Shown piece after piece: positions 61,691-64,000 of a stretch of DNA of 64,000 nt. Position 1 is the first letter of the stretch. The number at the start of each line of letters is the position of its first letter. Both the position numbers and the translations under genes were made by a program. The notes under the pieces were generated by a model. The model did not search any database, was not told where the DNA came from, and was given only the letters and a program-made list of their open reading frames with translations. This DNA comes from Patescibacteria group bacterium (GTDB taxonomy: Bacteria; Patescibacteriota; Microgenomatia; UBA1406), in assembly GCA_041665145.1 (NCBI GenBank), contig JBAYJK010000002.1, positions 104,339 to 168,338 of the forward strand, given 5' to 3'.

Positions 61691-61836
61691 TGCTCTATAA
61701 AGTTTCTAGTTTTTAATTTCTAGTTTCTATTGAATTTTTAATTGCTATTTGTTAGTTACTAAACATATTTAGAAATTAATACTTAGAAACTAGCAATTTA
61801 TTAGAAACTATAAGTTAGCAATTAGAAACTATATAC
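61691..61836. repeat. Hairpin spacer, AGTTTCTATTGA family
   Basis: tttctag tttttaa tttctag tttctat tga (agtttctattga at 61722-61733). Right arm ttagaaactagcaatttattagaaactataagttagcaattagaaact. Confidence 0.6.
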
Positions 61837-62367
61837 ATGATTCTTCCCATCGTTACCGCTCCACAAAGCGTACTCTCTACGCCCACAAGGCAAATTACTA
61901 CAATCGATAAAAAAATCCGTGAGCTTATTCGCGATATGACTGATACGCTTTTGTCCTGCAAAGATCCACTTGGCGTGGGGTTAGCTGCTCCTCAAGTAGG
62001 TGTTCCGCTTGCCCTCTGCATTGTGAAACCGACCAGGAAATCGCCCGTTGAGGTTTTCATAAACCCCAAAATCGTTGCGTTCTCTAATAAAAAAACTATT
62101 CATAAATCAACTCTCGAAGGTTGTCTTTCCATTCCGAAGGTCTGGTCACATGTTAATAGACCGACAACCGTTGACGTCGAATACGAGACGATGGAAGGCG
62201 TGAAACTCCGACGACATATTACCGGGTATGAGGCGCATATTATTCAACACGAGGTTGATCATTTGAATGGTGTCCTCTTCACACACCAAGCGCTTTCACA
62301 ACACCAACCGTTTTACACCATAAAACGGAAAAACGGTGAAGAAGAGTTTGTGGAAATGGAACTGTGA
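61837..62367 (+). CDS. def: Peptide deformylase
   Basis: GVGLAAPQVG, EGCLSIP, QHEVDHLNG. All three PDF motifs are present. Confidence 0.9.
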   Translation: MILPIVTAPQSVLSTPTRQITTIDKKIRELIRDMTDTLLSCKDPLGVGLAAPQVGVPLALCIVKPTRKSPVEVFINPKIVAFSNKKTIHKSTLEGCLSIPKVWSHVNRPTTVDVEYETMEGVKLRRHITGYEAHIIQHEVDHLNGVLFTHQALSQHQPFYTIKRKNGEEEFVEMEL

Positions 62368-62503
62368 GGATAATTTCTAATTCTTAATTTCTAGTTTCTA
62401 TTGAGTTTGCAGATACTAGTTTCTAATTACGAATTATTTAGAAATTAACACCTGAAAACTGATACTTCAATAGAAACTGTAAACTAGGAGTTAGAAACTA
62501 ATT
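62368..62503. repeat. Hairpin spacer, AGTTTCTATTGA / TCAATAGAAACT family
   Basis: agtttctattga at 62393-62404 pairs with tcaatagaaact at 62467-62478. Lies between convergent def and the HTH gene. Confidence 0.65.
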
Positions 62504-62722
62504 CTAGAGTTCTGACTTCATTCCCAGAAACCTCAGCACTTCCTCTTTCTTGTAGCGCCTGTCTCCACGGGAATTAATACGGATTGCAGGCAGTTTTCCT
62601 TTTTTGCCCCACCGTTTAAGAGTTATCTTTGATACACGCAACACATCGGATACTTCCTCAATAGTCAGGAGTTCGGGAAGATCATCAAACGCGAGATGTT
62701 TCTTTTGGACTGTGTTTGACAT
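62504..62722 (-). CDS. Small helix-turn-helix DNA-binding protein (excisionase/MerR-like HTH)
   Basis: 72 aa. LLTIEEVSDVLRVSKITLKRWGKKGKLPAIRINSRGDRRYKKEEV. Confidence 0.7.
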   Translation of the reverse strand: MSNTVQKKHLAFDDLPELLTIEEVSDVLRVSKITLKRWGKKGKLPAIRINSRGDRRYKKEEVLRFLGMKSEL

Positions 62723-62729
62723 AGTTTGT

Positions 62730-62758
62730 AGTATAGACGATTTTTACATAAATGTCAA
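62730..62758 (-). promoter_or_regulatory. Consensus promoter placed for leaderless HTH mRNA
   Basis: Minus strand TTGACA-17-TATACT-9 nt-ATG (62722). Confidence 0.5.
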
Positions 62759-62929
62759 AGGGTTGTTGTGACGCGACGAGGTTCAATTGCTCGGTTGCTA
62801 TATTGTTAAATTGTTGGTGAAACATATAAACTGTGAAGTTACTTGTTTCTGCCGACTTGAAGATTCTACTACAACACGATTAATCGTGAATCTTCACGGA
62901 GAGCCAAAGAAACAATGTAACAAACAGTT

Positions 62930-62966
62930 TTTAAACAAAAACCCGCCGTATACAAACGGCGGGTTT
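62930..62966 (-). terminator. Intrinsic terminator after rplL
   Basis: Minus strand aaacccgccg-tttgtata-cggcgggttt followed by ttgtttaaaaa. Confidence 0.65.
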
Positions 62967-62991
62967 TCAAACTTTCAATTTCCAATTTCGC

Positions 62992-63372
62992 TTACTTTAG
63001 CTCAACTTTAGCACCGGCTGCTTCAAGCTTCTTCTTAGCTTCTTCGGCAACTTCTTTTTTGGCGTCTTTCATAACTTCTTTAGGTGCAGACTCGACGAGT
63101 TTCTTTGCCTCGATAAGACCAAGAGTTTGATCAATTTCTCGAACGGCTTTGATAACGTTGAGTTTGTTTGCACCGGCATCTTTCAAGACGACATCAAAGG
63201 TGGTTTTCTCTTCAGCAGCAGGAGCTGCGGACGAGGCACCGGGGGCTGCAGCAACTGCCATAGGAGCAGCTGACACACCAAACTTTTCCTCAAGAGCTTT
63301 TACGAGTTCGTTGAGGTCAAGTACTTTGAGCTCTTCAATTTCTTTTAATAATTTTTCGACTTTTTCTGACAT
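62992..63372 (-). CDS. rplL: Ribosomal protein bL12 (L7/L12)
   Basis: 126 aa. Ala-rich hinge [24 protein letters not shown]-terminal [39 protein letters not shown]. Confidence 0.9.
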   Translation of the reverse strand: MSEKVEKLLKEIEELKVLDLNELVKALEEKFGVSAAPMAVAAAPGASSAAPAAEEKTTFDVVLKDAGANKLNVIKAVREIDQTLGLIEAKKLVESAPKEVMKDAKKEVAEEAKKKLEAAGAKVELK

Positions 63373-63423
63373 GTTGTAGCATCTCCTCTCTCTTTGAGAA
63401 ATATTCGATTGTAATTTATATTG

Positions 63424-63981
63424 TTAATTGCTTTGTTTATCAGCGATCGCTTTTAGTCCGTATGCAAGTTTACGCATATCTGAGGTCAAGGCGTAATACA
63501 AACCGTAGATTGGCGACTTCAAAGACCCGACCAATTTCGCGTACAGTTCTTGTTTGCTCGGTATCGTGGCAAATTCCAGAACTCTGCTCGCCTCATATAC
63601 TTCTTTGTCCAAAAAGGCCATTTTCACTTTGACTGCCTCATTCTTTCCAAAAGCTTCCTTGAACATTTTAATCGGCGCGATAAAGTCCTCTCCGTTGATA
63701 AAAACCACCGCGGTCTGTTCAAACAATACTGTATCGACGAGTAAGTTTTCGGGAAGTTTCTTATCTTTAGCGGCAACTCTAAAAAGAGTATTCTTGACGA
63801 ATTTGAGTTTCGCATTCACTGTCGCCAATTTCTTGCGCAGTTCTTCGAAATCCTGATGTTTGACCTGAACGCTGGAAAAAAGAAACAACGATTTCGCACC
63901 AGCAAGATCTTTTTTTATTTCCTCAACGGATTTCTCGCGGAGTTGTTTTGGAGATAAGGCAATTCGAAATTTGTACTTCAT
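63424..63981 (-). CDS. rplJ: Ribosomal protein uL10
   Basis: 185 aa, directly upstream of rplL. Typical L10 length with N-terminal KEKSVEEIKKDLAGAKSLFLF. Confidence 0.8.
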   Translation of the reverse strand: MKYKFRIALSPKQLREKSVEEIKKDLAGAKSLFLFSSVQVKHQDFEELRKKLATVNAKLKFVKNTLFRVAAKDKKLPENLLVDTVLFEQTAVVFINGEDFIAPIKMFKEAFGKNEAVKVKMAFLDKEVYEASRVLEFATIPSKQELYAKLVGSLKSPIYGLYYALTSDMRKLAYGLKAIADKQSN

Positions 63982-64000
63982 ATTTATGTTCTCCGAAAGA

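Noticed and set aside
61691-62503. The repetitive intergenic blocks might be a degenerate CRISPR array
   Set aside because: The repeat unit is about 7 nt, not 24-48 nt. There are no unique spacers of constant length. The blocks are internally reverse-complementary hairpins. No cas genes are present.
62787-63011. 74-aa plus-strand ORF between the HTH gene and rplL
   Set aside because: It spans the rplL intrinsic terminator and overlaps the rplL 3' end. It has no start-site support.

Overview
This 64-kb window reads like a small-genome, monoderm-type uncultivated bacterium. My inference is Candidate Phyla Radiation / Patescibacteria, possibly Microgenomates-like. The grounds are a divergent 16S with a V1 insertion and a non-canonical 530 loop, a 16S followed by efp rather than 23S, almost no Shine-Dalgarno sites, and many PT-linker surface proteins. 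Recognisable core genes are a polysaccharide deacetylase, thyX, dcd, dut, a membrane-anchored Clp/Hsp100-type AAA+ ATPase, mreB, mreC-mreD, efp, an EpmA-like EF-P lysine ligase, def, rplJ-rplL, three tRNAs (Arg-GCG, Ile-GAT, Ala-CGC) and one 16S rRNA gene. Accessory content dominates. (i) A 20.7-kb, 24-gene block (21579-42261) holds proteins I cannot assign to any family. At least 12 carry Gly/Ala-rich hydrophobic hairpins, often with coiled coils. One is a 1827-aa giant and one looks kinase-like. They are interleaved and translationally coupled with about 9 small acidic helical proteins that fall into paralogous families. This is my best candidate for an undescribed system. (ii) A GC-rich island (about 4.1-8.2 kb) of six lipoprotein or secreted-protein genes carries strong SD sites, consensus promoters and intrinsic terminators, unlike the rest of the window. 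(iii) A cell-surface locus (50.8-61.7 kb) encodes cohesin-like anchors, dockerin-bearing multidomain proteins, an O-antigen-ligase-like protein and a pilin-like protein. Three patterns recur at the nucleotide level. Long imperfect hairpin spacers built from about 7-nt tandem words sit at most operon boundaries, and one copy lies inside the 16S gene. Heptamer-repeat mini-insertions sit in frame inside at least four housekeeping genes, in the same frame (SR[VI]Tx[HR]ES). Near-consensus sigma70-type promoters lie 6-9 nt from ATG codons, implying widespread leaderless mRNAs. All functional calls rest on motif recognition by eye. No searches or computations were run.
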